Source: an uncultured virus (IMG/VR IMGVR_UViG_3300039136_000054) (taxonomy: Duplodnaviria > Heunggongvirae > Uroviricota > Caudoviricetes). From it: a stretch of 64,000 nt of DNA. The stretch lies in the IMG/VR virus record IMGVR_UViG_3300039136_000054; one strand, 5' to 3'. Shown here one piece after another: positions 38,953 through 49,130 of this stretch (position 1 is the stretch's first letter; each line of letters starts with the position of its first letter). Made by a program: the position numbers and the translations under genes. The notes below the pieces were generated by a model. The model was given only the letters and a program-made list of their open reading frames with translations, searched no databases and had not been told where the DNA came from.

Positions 38953-41441
38953 TATGCAACAGGATTAGGATTATAGTATGCCTCTAGACCAGATGATCTA
39001 CCAGGTGAGATAGCAGTGTTCTGTGTAGTAGGAGGCGCGGATGTTTCACGCGACTGCTCTTGCCCCGCTGGAGTATTTAGAGCGATGATCTGACCCTGTG
39101 AGTTTCTAATAGGTTTATCAGGTTTCATAGCAGTCATAGTCTCTACTGGTTGTGAGGCAGGAGGATTGATTGCCTGGGGACCATTAGCAGGAAGCAGTTT
39201 CTTCTTCTTTAATCTTCTCTGGATCTCATTCTGCACAACAGTAGGTGTACCAGTGAAGATGGTGGTGTTAGTCTCCTGATCAATCAGTCTATCGATAGGT
39301 GGTCCAAGACCGAAGAATCTTCTACCTCTCTGATAGGTAAGACCCAGTTCATCAATACTAAATGTACTGCGGTCACCTGATTTAGACTTGCTAATGAACT
39401 CGGCAAGGTTCGCTGCACCAGTTTCAGTGATCGTTGCTGGATCATTCTGCTGCACCTTGGCTTTCATAGCCCTAACATGCTTCAGTGTATCATCCCAAGA
39501 TAGGTGTGCCTTATTATTTCCAACTCCAGCATAGTAACTGCGACCACCAGCGTCAGCAGGCAGTGCTGCCCACTCCATGGAAAGATTACGCGCAAACTTT
39601 TCATCACTAATCTCACCAGCCAAGTATTCGTTCAGTCCACGACGCACCAATAACATGTGATAGATTTGATCCTGCCCCTCTTTATTGAAGACAAACGAAT
39701 CAGGATCCTGTCCATTATTTCTCAAAACTTCTCTAGCAGTTCTCATTTGAATCTGATACCTGCCCATAGCAAACTGTCCACCAAACTCATTGTTTAGTTG
39801 GTTGACTGTCTTCTCCATGATGCTGGTGTCTTCTCTACCACCAACCAGTTTAGTGTAACTGTTGCCAGACTCTTTAGCACCAAGGAACTGTGCGAAGTCA
39901 GCACTACCTTGCTCATTATAGTCACCCTCTACTCCATCACCTACTGGTGATGCGATGGGAGCAGCGCCGCCGCCACCAGTATCCTGTGGAGCTCTTCTAC
40001 CTTGGTTGATAACATTCTGCAGATCTTTCAACAGACTGCTTCCTGTCTTCTCCGCAGGAATAGGGGGTGGTGCAGAAGGTGGTGCTGATGCCAGTGTAGC
40101 AGGCAACCCATAGATATCTGCTACAGGTCTTGCTTGTGCTGTGATTGCTGCCTGCAATCTAGGGTCTCTGCCACCAATCTCTTGTTGATACTGTTGTGTA
40201 GCAGACAGAACATGACCACCACTCACCATCATAGGCAATGACATTGCCGTAACCAATGCTTTATTCATTTCAGGACTCGATTGTAACCCAGCAGTCCTGG
40301 GTTTGTCCGAGTATTTAGGAATTTTGAGTGGCGTAATACCCATATTTCCACGTTCATACTTCGGTGGAGTTATGACTGGTTGTTTCAGCGACCCCATTTC
40401 ATACTGTGGTGTGGGTCTAGTTACACCATCAACAGCACTCGGTTCTCCTTGAGTGTAATTATTATCAAGAGGCACAACCATCTCATCACCATGTAGTGTG
40501 ACTTCATATCCACTATCAGGACCAGATACTATACCACCTTGCTCCAGCTGTGGATTGTTATCCTGCTGCATGTTATACATCTGCTGCATCTGGAACTCTA
40601 TGTTCTGCTGATCTGTAGCACCTATCGTCTGACTTTCATCTTTAACAGTAGAAGTATCGTCAGCTATCTCATTGAAGTCAGTATCAGCCTGTTTCTCTAG
40701 ACGTGCTTCCTGCCTGATATTCTTCTGCTTCTCCTCGCTAGATTTAAGTGTTGCAGTCTGCTGATTGACAGCAGCAATTAACTTATCAAGTTTACCCTCA
40801 ATGCTATCTGTTCTCTCACTAATCTGGGAGACAACATCGGTTCTCATTCCAGAAATACTAGTAGCAAGTGCAGTATTTTCTTGCGCTTGTCTGTTGATAG
40901 AACTAGCAGTCTTTTGTAGAGACTTGGCAATGTCTGACACAGCAGACAAGATATCTTCTCTAGATATTCTCTGCTTTGAACCAGATGCTGCTTGCGCTAC
41001 CTTCTCTGTAGAACTGGGTTGCTGCCTAGGATATGCTGAACGAGGACGGAGTGCTGGATCATCAATCATGATGTCATTGAGACCCAAAGCATCACGGAAT
41101 CTCTGTGTGCTACTCCTCTTCTTCCCCTTAAAATCTAGAAAAGTAAAAAAGTTTTTCCTTGGATTCTTTAGTAGTTTAGTTCTATCTTTTAAATTTTTGA
41201 ACGCTTCTTTCTTGTCCTCAACCCAGTCACCACCGAAGGTATGAAACAATGCTGCCTTAAAGAAGTGTCCCTTTTCAATACCTGCTTCTTCTAAAGATGT
41301 TTGATTTCTTTCTGCTAATTCTTCTGCATTTTCACGCTCGCGTTCCGCCATTCTTCTGGCAGCCATGACCATACTGATGGCATCACCAATGTGATTCTTT
41401 CCACCATCTGTACTCTGATACGCTTCGGTAAATGCTGCCAT
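38952..41441 (-). CDS. Tape-measure-like protein with lysozyme-like domain
   Basis: Coiled-coil N-terminus, GGIVSGP..LHGDEMVVPL motif, AKESGNSY...AMGRYQI...QD...EWAALP. Confidence 0.6.
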   Translation of the reverse strand: MAAFTEAYQSTDGGKNHIGDAISMVMAARRMAERERENAEELAERNQTSLEEAGIEKGHFFKAALFHTFGGDWVEDKKEAFKNLKDRTKLLKNPRKNFFTFLDFKGKKRSSTQRFRDALGLNDIMIDDPALRPRSAYPRQQPSSTEKVAQAASGSKQRISREDILSAVSDIAKSLQKTASSINRQAQENTALATSISGMRTDVVSQISERTDSIEGKLDKLIAAVNQQTATLKSSEEKQKNIRQEARLEKQADTDFNEIADDTSTVKDESQTIGATDQQNIEFQMQQMYNMQQDNNPQLEQGGIVSGPDSGYEVTLHGDEMVVPLDNNYTQGEPSAVDGVTRPTPQYEMGSLKQPVITPPKYERGNMGITPLKIPKYSDKPRTAGLQSSPEMNKALVTAMSLPMMVSGGHVLSATQQYQQEIGGRDPRLQAAITAQARPVADIYGLPATLASAPPSAPPPIPAEKTGSSLLKDLQNVINQGRRAPQDTGGGGAAPIASPVGDGVEGDYNEQGSADFAQFLGAKESGNSYTKLVGGREDTSIMEKTVNQLNNEFGGQFAMGRYQIQMRTAREVLRNNGQDPDSFVFNKEGQDQIYHMLLVRRGLNEYLAGEISDEKFARNLSMEWAALPADAGGRSYYAGVGNNKAHLSWDDTLKHVRAMKAKVQQNDPATITETGAANLAEFISKSKSGDRSTFSIDELGLTYQRGRRFFGLGPPIDRLIDQETNTTIFTGTPTVVQNEIQRRLKKKKLLPANGPQAINPPASQPVETMTAMKPDKPIRNSQGQIIALNTPAGQEQSRETSAPPTTQNTAISPGRSSGLEAYYNPNPVA

Positions 41442-41463
41442 TAGTTACGATCCCCCTTGATAT

Positions 41464-44190
41464 TTAGTACAACGATTGCAAAATCAAGGATCTAGATGCG
41501 CCATGCATCCTACCACCAGTAGCAATGCTTTGCATTGACTCCTCACCACCACCAGCATTCACCACTGGTTGAGTCATGTTAATAATAAATGTAGTTTGTT
41601 GCTGCTCTTCCTCCTCATCATACATGAGAATATCAGGAGTAAACTTTGCATATGCAGAGACAACTTCTTTCTGGGTCTGTGCATCAGCAACAGCAAGCAA
41701 GTGATCTCTCGCTACACCTGTAGATTGTGCATGTGGAATGACAATCTCTTCACCTTCCTCACCCATCAGTGCAACGTGTGGTTTATCATACGTTAGACCA
41801 CCATTCTTGTATGCAATGTGAACATGATGATGGTGTGAGTCTGGATACTCACGATAAGATCCAGTGCCTCTGTAAGCAGGTGATCCATGCACTAGTTCCA
41901 CTGGAGACACACCCTTTGACTTGTTCCACTTAATAATCTCACGAATGACAGGTGCCTGCTCATCAGCACCCGATGCACCTGGGTAGTCACCATTCTGTGG
42001 AGTAGAAGGAGAGTAACCGCCAATGTCTAGTGCTCTGCCACTATAGTGCATGGACATGGCACGATGTCCACTATTCTGCGACCAAGGTGGATGATCTGGA
42101 TGCCTATGAATCTGTCCAGTAACAGGCAAAGTATTCCTCAATCCTTTTAGATGCGTTCCCAAGTCACCAGCAGTCTTGCTACCACCAGTAGGATCTCCAT
42201 CCGAAAGACCATCTCTAGAATCCATAGCTCCTAGGTTGGTGAAGTCAGAGTTTACATCCTCACCTGACCTCATAGGAAACCCAAAGAACCTAGCAATCAT
42301 ACCCAGCATACCTTCCTTGTTTGCCTGTGGTTCTCCATCCTCTCCCTCGGGACCACCAGCAGGACCATAATATGGTTTCTCCGCCTCTGCTTTCTTCTCA
42401 TACTGATCCATGCGCGATCCCATACCAACAAAAGATCCACCAGCACCACTGACAGCATTGACATGAGTGATGCCAAACTGTCTGGATAGTTTACCCGCTT
42501 CTCTATTGTATAGTGGTGCGATGTAAGATGCAGATGGTCCTGCCTGGCGCATGTATGCTGTTGTAGATCCTAAAATGCCAGAGATAATAGGAGAGTAGAG
42601 TGCTGTTGCTGGGTCAGCATTCTTATGTGTAATTAGTTCTGTTCCATGCAAGATTGCAGTGCCAGGTTTTGTAGCACCACCAGTTTCATACTGATCAGGT
42701 CCAATACCTAGAGCATCCATGAAGAATGCAGTGAAGTTTTCATCACTAGGCATGGGGAAGTTTGGTTCAATGTGCCTCTCATATGCTGGGATGTCAATCT
42801 CCCTGAACAAATCAAGCATAGCAAAACCAACACCAGCAGCAGGTATTGCACCACCAAATGATAAGAACATACCTTTCCAGTCACCCATCAAACCACGAGC
42901 AAGACCCTCAACAGCACCGTAGATAGTACCAACACCTGGCACCAATTTACTTGCCATTTTAGTAGTCAATTTTTCTGCTGCTTCTTGACCAAGTTTCTTT
43001 GACAATGCATTACGAACAGGTTTACTCATCAAAGCACGCTGAAGAACATTGCCACCACCTTCGATGACAGCTTTGTTCATAAGATTGGCGCTCGCTTGCC
43101 CACCAACTGCTCTAACCGCTTTCCTACCAACCTTTGGTAAAGCTTTTCCTGTCATTCTAGCAATAGATTCTGATGCCAAACTAGCAGCACCCTTACCCAT
43201 CACCTTACCGACACGATTACGACTACTATATGTCGCACCTTTGGCGATTGCCCTTTTAGTTTGCTCCTTGGTGACAGTAGATGTTGCTCTCTTTCCCGCA
43301 GCCTTCTTAATATATGAAGGGGCAAGTGCTTTTTTAGCAAGTTGAGCAGCAGTTAAAGTTTGTGTGCCCTTAACAAACCACGACGCTGCTCTCTTGGTTC
43401 CAATCTGGTCAATCAGACCAACACCTTTAACAAATAAAGGCAACACTCCTCTGGTTGCTCTGAACACAGCACCAGTAAGTCTACCACCATACTTGGTTCC
43501 AAGTTTAGTACCTATAGATCTACCAAAACCAACTGCACCACTCTTGATAGCAAATCCTGCTATCTGTTTATAAAGTTTCTTACCAAGAGCATTAATTACT
43601 GCTTTCTTTCCAAATCTAGCAAGACCTTTAGCACCAAGACCTAGTTTAGGTGCAACAACACCAGAGATTACTCTCGAAAGTCTTTGTAATGTCCTTCGTA
43701 TTGCCTTTAGTGCAGGACTAACTACTCTACTCCCTCCAGTAGACTGTGGAAGTTCGACAAAATTATTATCAATCTGTCTCTCTAATGCTGCCTCTTGTCT
43801 TCTATCTTCAGCGAGGTCTGCCTGCTTTGCTAGGAGTTCATTCTGTGCCTCGTAAGCATCAGTCAATGCATCAATCTTTGAGGCAAGTAGACTGTCTTGT
43901 GCTTCAATAGCATTCAACAGTCCACCAGTCAGTTTGAGATTGGATTGGATCAGCGCATTCTGCTGCGCTAATCTGTTGTCGATTGTAGTAAGTTGTCCTT
44001 GTACTTTCTGCAAGGACCCAGTAAGAACGCGAAGAATTCTGGTGTTAGTTACACCAGTGCTACCCTTCTTCTCGGGGACGGGGATGTTTCCACCCTTCTT
44101 ATTGATGAACTCTGCCAAGGATCTCTTGACACTATCAGGCATGTCATCAATGACTGACGGATCTATTTGATTGTCAGTTTCCTCGTTCAC
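41464..44190 (-). CDS. Tape-measure-like protein with Zn-peptidase (M15-like) domain
   Basis: Coiled-coil and Ala/Gly/Lys-rich helices; SMHYSGRALDI...HHHHVHIA; GG...GEEGEEIVIP. Confidence 0.6.
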   Translation of the reverse strand: MNEETDNQIDPSVIDDMPDSVKRSLAEFINKKGGNIPVPEKKGSTGVTNTRILRVLTGSLQKVQGQLTTIDNRLAQQNALIQSNLKLTGGLLNAIEAQDSLLASKIDALTDAYEAQNELLAKQADLAEDRRQEAALERQIDNNFVELPQSTGGSRVVSPALKAIRRTLQRLSRVISGVVAPKLGLGAKGLARFGKKAVINALGKKLYKQIAGFAIKSGAVGFGRSIGTKLGTKYGGRLTGAVFRATRGVLPLFVKGVGLIDQIGTKRAASWFVKGTQTLTAAQLAKKALAPSYIKKAAGKRATSTVTKEQTKRAIAKGATYSSRNRVGKVMGKGAASLASESIARMTGKALPKVGRKAVRAVGGQASANLMNKAVIEGGGNVLQRALMSKPVRNALSKKLGQEAAEKLTTKMASKLVPGVGTIYGAVEGLARGLMGDWKGMFLSFGGAIPAAGVGFAMLDLFREIDIPAYERHIEPNFPMPSDENFTAFFMDALGIGPDQYETGGATKPGTAILHGTELITHKNADPATALYSPIISGILGSTTAYMRQAGPSASYIAPLYNREAGKLSRQFGITHVNAVSGAGGSFVGMGSRMDQYEKKAEAEKPYYGPAGGPEGEDGEPQANKEGMLGMIARFFGFPMRSGEDVNSDFTNLGAMDSRDGLSDGDPTGGSKTAGDLGTHLKGLRNTLPVTGQIHRHPDHPPWSQNSGHRAMSMHYSGRALDIGGYSPSTPQNGDYPGASGADEQAPVIREIIKWNKSKGVSPVELVHGSPAYRGTGSYREYPDSHHHHVHIAYKNGGLTYDKPHVALMGEEGEEIVIPHAQSTGVARDHLLAVADAQTQKEVVSAYAKFTPDILMYDEEEEQQQTTFIINMTQPVVNAGGGEESMQSIATGGRMHGASRSLILQSLY

Positions 44191-44354
44191 ATTGATGTCC
44201 TCGCTGCCTCTTGTTTCTTCTTCTCTTCTTGAATGTGTTGAATCAAGAGGGAGGTGTATACTTCACGCTCCCAAGGCATCATGTTTTCTATCTCTGTCAA
44301 GCTATATTTATGGTACTGCATCATAGCAAAGTTAGTCTTGTAATAGCCCTCCAA
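44187..44354 (-). CDS. gp51: gp51-like baseplate hub assembly catalyst (TTG start, or -1 frameshift product of gp26)
   Basis: Manual translation LEGYYKTNFAMMQYHKYSLTEIENMMPWEREVYTSLLIQHIQEEKKKQEAARTSM; not in ORF track. Confidence 0.8.
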   Translation of the reverse strand: MEGYYKTNFAMMQYHKYSLTEIENMMPWEREVYTSLLIQHIQEEKKKQEAARTSM

Positions 44355-44371
44355 ACTATTTTGGAAGACCG

Positions 44372-45085
44372 CTATGCGAAAAAAGATTGCAGTCCCTCAA
44401 TGGTGTAAGAACACTCGTTACCAGTGTTAGGATTGATCACAGTAAATGTATGAGTCAAGCGTGGCATAGTCTCATAGAACTTTTGGATTGCCTCAAACTG
44501 TTTAGTTGTCAGACTCTCCACAAACTCACGGAACTCTTTCTTACTTGTAGTAGAAGAGTCATACACATCCTCACCTTGGAAGATCTGATCAATGTGATCA
44601 GCGATGAATGTGAATACCTCATCAGTAGTCACATTCTTATCCAAGAACTGCGACTCAATAAATCTATCCATACTAGGATACCTCATCACAATACCAGACT
44701 CTTCGTCCAGCATGATCTTATTGGTATGACCCTCTGGTTTATCTACAATCACGTCATCGATATTGATGTTCGCAGTTGTAGTAGTTTCGTTGTCATCTGT
44801 ACAGGTGACAGTAAGTTCAATGTCTTCACCCACAGCAGCACCCCTGATCTTGAGGAATAGATACTCCAGATCAAATGACGGTAGGTCATCTACTTTAAGT
44901 CTAGAGAGAATACAACTCTTTAGAATAGATTTTACCGCAGTAACAACTTCTTTCTCTACTCCAGACTCAAACGCTAGCAGGAGAACCTTCTCTTCTTTGA
45001 CTAGGAATGGTCTGTATTTAATAGTCTTCCCAGTCGAAGGTAACTTCAGTTCGTAAGTAGGGACTCCAATCTTGGGTAATGCCAT
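44372..45085 (-). CDS. gp26: gp26 baseplate hub assembly chaperone
   Basis: MALPKI..PTYELKLPSTGK.IKYRPFLVKEEKVLL...DLEYLFLKIR...GLQSFF. Confidence 0.9.
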   Translation of the reverse strand: MALPKIGVPTYELKLPSTGKTIKYRPFLVKEEKVLLLAFESGVEKEVVTAVKSILKSCILSRLKVDDLPSFDLEYLFLKIRGAAVGEDIELTVTCTDDNETTTTANINIDDVIVDKPEGHTNKIMLDEESGIVMRYPSMDRFIESQFLDKNVTTDEVFTFIADHIDQIFQGEDVYDSSTTSKKEFREFVESLTTKQFEAIQKFYETMPRLTHTFTVINPNTGNECSYTIEGLQSFFA

Positions 45086-45118
45086 GAAGATTAATTCAAA
45101 TCGTGTATTTATTTAGCG

Positions 45119-45189
45119 CGACTTTTTGAGTCAATTTTTGGCGGGAAAAATTTTTCGGAATTCAGGTAAACGGAATCCCAATTTCAGTT
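45119..45189. repeat. Intergenic A/T-tract element, copy 2
   Basis: Similar to 33312-33383. Confidence 0.6.
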
Positions 45190-45918
45190 CATCTTTCGCA
45201 CGTCGTTATATACTACAGTGTGCTTGCTGTAGTAGAAGTTAGCGGTGACCTTGGTGACCTGGGATGTGCCATAGGACATGGGCACCGCATCGATAGAGTA
45301 TGGATAGATGTCCTCTAGGATGTACATCATACTACCGCGACCATTGGGTGCGAAGGAACTCTTCTCTGTCTTGGTGATCCTACAATTTGCTAGGTAAGTT
45401 TTTGGATAATTAAGTCTAATCGCTCTGTTAAGAGGCAATGGTTGCTCGGTCTTCAGTTTCGCCAGAGGCACATTCTTTCCCGCGTTAACAATCTTGTCAA
45501 ATGCAGGGTTAACACCACCAGCATAACCAAAGATAAATGTATGCCATGCGGTGAGAAACTTGAGTGGTGTCATGTTGGCATCACACATCCACCCAAGCGA
45601 TAGGTCAGTATAAAACTTTGCGTAAGGATATGACACCTGGTTCTCACCCAAGTATCTACCCTGCATTTGTCCAGTAGCAGTCTGAACGTTAGGCAATTGT
45701 GCCTCGTCACAGAGTAACTTAAACGTGCTGGTCTCTGGACTGTAAGGTTCAATCAACTCCGATAATGTTTGCAACACCGTAGTCTTACCTGATTCACCCT
45801 CTCCCACATCCAAGGTGTTGATCCCAGAAAAATCAAACTCAACGTCGTAATTATTTGACATTGACATGCCGCCATTGGCAGCAATAGTATTAATAAATGA
45901 ACTGATAGATCTAGTCAT
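45184..45918 (-). CDS. Tail tube-like protein (gp19/gp54 family)
   Basis: LLCDEAQLP...FLTAW...DIYPYSIDAVPMSYG..QVTKVTANFYY. Confidence 0.7.
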   Translation of the reverse strand: MTRSISSFINTIAANGGMSMSNNYDVEFDFSGINTLDVGEGESGKTTVLQTLSELIEPYSPETSTFKLLCDEAQLPNVQTATGQMQGRYLGENQVSYPYAKFYTDLSLGWMCDANMTPLKFLTAWHTFIFGYAGGVNPAFDKIVNAGKNVPLAKLKTEQPLPLNRAIRLNYPKTYLANCRITKTEKSSFAPNGRGSMMYILEDIYPYSIDAVPMSYGTSQVTKVTANFYYSKHTVVYNDVRKMN

Positions 45919-45950
45919 CTAAATAGATACGGAAGGTGTGCGGAAACATT

Positions 45951-46412
45951 ATGCCTTACTCTGGAAAATATAAACCAGCCTACCCACGGAAGTACAAGGG
46001 CAATCCCACTAATATTATTTATCGCAGTTTGTGGGAGCGTAAGTTCATGGACTTCTGTGATCATAATGGAAGCATCATTGAGTGGGGTAGTGAGGAAGTA
46101 ATCATTCCTTACAGATGTCCTACTGATGGGAGAGTCCACAGATACTATCCCGACTTCTACATCAAAGTCAGATCAAAAGCTGGCGTGGTAGCGAAGTACC
46201 TTGTCGAAGTGAAACCAAAGAAACAGACACAAAAACCGAATGAGAAACCAAAACGAAAGACAGCTGCTTGGAAGAAAGAAGTTCTAACTTACCTTAAGAA
46301 TCGCGCCAAATGGGAAGCGGCGGAGGACTTCTGTGAGGACAGGCAGATGAAATTTATCATCCTCACCGAAGATCACCTAGGGATAAAGAACAATGGCAAG
46401 AAGAAGCACTAA
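45951..46412 (+). CDS. gp4: gp4 head completion nuclease
   Basis: YSGKYKP...KYKGNPTNIIYRSLWERKFM...WGSEE...HRYYPDF...VEVKP. Confidence 0.9.
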   Translation: MPYSGKYKPAYPRKYKGNPTNIIYRSLWERKFMDFCDHNGSIIEWGSEEVIIPYRCPTDGRVHRYYPDFYIKVRSKAGVVAKYLVEVKPKKQTQKPNEKPKRKTAAWKKEVLTYLKNRAKWEAAEDFCEDRQMKFIILTEDHLGIKNNGKKKH

Positions 46413-47058
46413 AGGATTCGGAACCAATAACTATACCACTATCTTCGAGAAGGTTAGTGATGCTACAGGTGGAGAGAAGAAGTCTCTCTCGTGGTACAAG
46501 GGTAAAGTAAAACAACTAGCATCAACCTTCGTAGAGACACCAGAAAAACTAATCCGTCAAGAGAAAAGAGATGCGCGTGACCAGGTGCAGGATGAGAACT
46601 TACTTCGCATGAAAGTAAGAGAGGGTCACCTATACTTCTTTGAGTACAAAGCAATGTCAAAGTGGTTGCCTTACTACGACAGGTTTCCGCTAGTGTATGT
46701 TATCAAACAAGATGGTGAAGGATTCTACGGAGCAAACCTACACTACATCAAACCAAAGAGACGAGTCAAGATCATACAAAGACTAGAGAAAGGATTGATT
46801 GACATCCCTCGCACATTGGTGCATAAATATCTTTATAATCACTGCGAAAGTAAGTTCCTAGATCTTGCCATAGATGAGTGGGAGACTTCTATCTTCTTAC
46901 CTGTCGAAGACTTTATCATGACTAGAGGTACAGGCAAACTACCATACGATAGAGAACTTGTATGGAAAGAGACTGAAACAAAATACAATGATCGTATCAA
47001 AGCAACACGTATCATTAAAGGTTATGGTAAACAATCAGACAAGGAAATGGTAACGTAA
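46393..47058 (+). CDS. gp2: gp2 DNA end protector
   Basis: LYFFEY...LPYYDRFPLV...FYGANLHY. Confidence 0.8.
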   Translation: MARRSTKGFGTNNYTTIFEKVSDATGGEKKSLSWYKGKVKQLASTFVETPEKLIRQEKRDARDQVQDENLLRMKVREGHLYFFEYKAMSKWLPYYDRFPLVYVIKQDGEGFYGANLHYIKPKRRVKIIQRLEKGLIDIPRTLVHKYLYNHCESKFLDLAIDEWETSIFLPVEDFIMTRGTGKLPYDRELVWKETETKYNDRIKATRIIKGYGKQSDKEMVT

Positions 47059-48437
47059 TGCCAGCAAACGTACAAACATTAGGCAACATTCAAACTCCCA
47101 GCGATGGTTTAGCATCTGTTGGTGGAGAAGCTGTGTTTACAAAGTACGGTGTAGTACAAGACCTTAATGCTAATGGTGGAGTTAATTCTCCACCAAAATA
47201 CTATAGGGAATATGAAGATGACGTAGGAAATAAATCTTGGGTAGAAGTAACTGACCAAGATGATCTTAACTTCCTTAATACAAAAGCAAGTCAGCAAGGT
47301 CTAATCGTGTCACCCGACACAAATCAGGCACCAATTGTAGACAACGGAAATGCAACTGATGCATTCCGAACTGGTGCTAGTACAAACCATCCACTAATTA
47401 CTCAAGCACCTGTAACAATTATACCAGACACTGATAACCCCTTCGGATCTATAGGTACAAATGTTATCCGCCCTCAAGCCGCGGCAGTTGTTGGCGATGC
47501 TATGGCACTAAAGTATCCTGCAGAACTGGGTATCACATCAGACAGTGACTACGTATCTTTCAGATTCTATGACTACTTACCTCCATTTAAACCAAGCGGA
47601 GGGAATAGAGGAACTCAAGGAACGACAGCGAATAGTAATCTAGGTGTAAAATATACCGCATATTCACAGAGCATAGACCCTGTAAATATGAAACCAGCGA
47701 ACGGTGATTACTATAAAAATATTATCATGTACATGCCAGAAGATCTGGGTGGACAGTATGCTGCAGACTGGACAGGCAAATCATTCAGCAACGCTGCAGT
47801 AGAAGTCTTAAGGACGATTGGTTCTAGTGGTGTTATTGACAACGGAAGTTATGGTAGAGCAGCAGACACACTCACTAGTGCTCTAAAAGGTGCTGGTTAT
47901 AACATGGCAGTTAAAGCCATCAATGAAGGTTTAGGACAAAACATTGAGTTGAATGATGCTATAGGTGGTGTCAGTGGAACTATCTTGAATCCAAACACCG
48001 AGATGATGTATCAGTCTAGTACAATGAGAGGATTCAGTTTGCGATTCAAGATGCAAGCAAGAAGTGAGTACGAAAACAAACAGATCAGACAAATCTGCAC
48101 AACATTCAAGAGAGCAATGCTCCCTACCTATGGAGGCGAGGTTATTGGTAGAGGTATTGGACCTGGCACACCCACTGACAAGAAACCAGGCAACGGAGGA
48201 TTCATTACTCTACCAAAGATTGTACAAGTTTCTTTCATGACTGGTGCAACTCTAAATGAATACATAACACAGTACAAACCATGTGCTATCACTGCTGTCG
48301 ATATCAATCACACACCTGATGGTGCTTGGGCAGCGTATAAGGGTGGTGCTCCAGTTGCAACCGAACTCAAGATTACATTCAAAGAACTCAAACTTATCTT
48401 CTCCCAAGAGATTGCTAGCGAAGGAGCAAGCTTCTAA
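47058..48437 (+). CDS. gp48: gp48 baseplate tail-tube cap
   Basis: LKYP...IMYMP...NPNTEMMY...RGFSLRFKM...KPCAIT...FKELK. Confidence 0.8.
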   Translation: MPANVQTLGNIQTPSDGLASVGGEAVFTKYGVVQDLNANGGVNSPPKYYREYEDDVGNKSWVEVTDQDDLNFLNTKASQQGLIVSPDTNQAPIVDNGNATDAFRTGASTNHPLITQAPVTIIPDTDNPFGSIGTNVIRPQAAAVVGDAMALKYPAELGITSDSDYVSFRFYDYLPPFKPSGGNRGTQGTTANSNLGVKYTAYSQSIDPVNMKPANGDYYKNIIMYMPEDLGGQYAADWTGKSFSNAAVEVLRTIGSSGVIDNGSYGRAADTLTSALKGAGYNMAVKAINEGLGQNIELNDAIGGVSGTILNPNTEMMYQSSTMRGFSLRFKMQARSEYENKQIRQICTTFKRAMLPTYGGEVIGRGIGPGTPTDKKPGNGGFITLPKIVQVSFMTGATLNEYITQYKPCAITAVDINHTPDGAWAAYKGGAPVATELKITFKELKLIFSQEIASEGASF

Positions 48438-49120
48438 TGTATTTCAGATCAATCCCAGACATTCAATACGATACAAAGCCAGTAAACTATCCGTTTACTT
48501 CTTCAGACTTCATCGTAGCAAAGAATTTCTTCAGAAGATTTCAGTTGAATCCTGATGTGTTTGACTTTGCATTGCTGTACGATCAGACTACCGTAGAGGA
48601 TGGTGAGCGTCTAGATCAAGTAGCATACAGAATGCATGGCAAGGCAGAGTATGACTGGATCATTGTTCTAGTGAACAACCTTATCGATCCACAATTTAAC
48701 TGGCCAATGTCAGATAATGTGTTGAGAAAATACGCTGAAGAAAAGTATGATGATCCATATTCGGAAATCTTATACTATGAAACACGGGAGATCAGAGTCA
48801 ATCAAAAGATCAAGACTGACCTCTCATCTGTAGATAGATTCGTAACTGTACTAGAACCAGGTCTGCGTGTCTCTAGTCAATTCTATAATGATTTTTTCAC
48901 TTACTTCGACGGCACCAATACAGTATCAGTCCCAGGATCCTCGGTGAGTAGAGCGATCACTGCCTTCGAGCATGAGCAAAGAGAGAATGATAACAGAAGA
49001 ACCATCTATACATTAAGGAACGATCTGATCAGTAGATTTATCGAAGAGTTCCGAGGCAAGAATGCCTACGGTAAATCTTCTGACTACATCTCAAATAAGC
49101 TCAAAAAAACGGGGGTTTGA
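48437..49120 (+). CDS. gp53: gp53 baseplate wedge protein
   Basis: MYFRSIPDI.Y...KNFFRR...DGERLDQVAY...YDWIIVLVNN...WPM. Confidence 0.88.
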   Translation: MYFRSIPDIQYDTKPVNYPFTSSDFIVAKNFFRRFQLNPDVFDFALLYDQTTVEDGERLDQVAYRMHGKAEYDWIIVLVNNLIDPQFNWPMSDNVLRKYAEEKYDDPYSEILYYETREIRVNQKIKTDLSSVDRFVTVLEPGLRVSSQFYNDFFTYFDGTNTVSVPGSSVSRAITAFEHEQRENDNRRTIYTLRNDLISRFIEEFRGKNAYGKSSDYISNKLKKTGV

Positions 49121-49128
49121 CCCCCCGT
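49103..49128 (-). terminator. Intrinsic terminator of gp32 transcript
   Basis: ACGGGGG-GTCAAA-CCCCCGT-TTTTTT. Confidence 0.7.
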
Positions 49129-49130
49129 AT

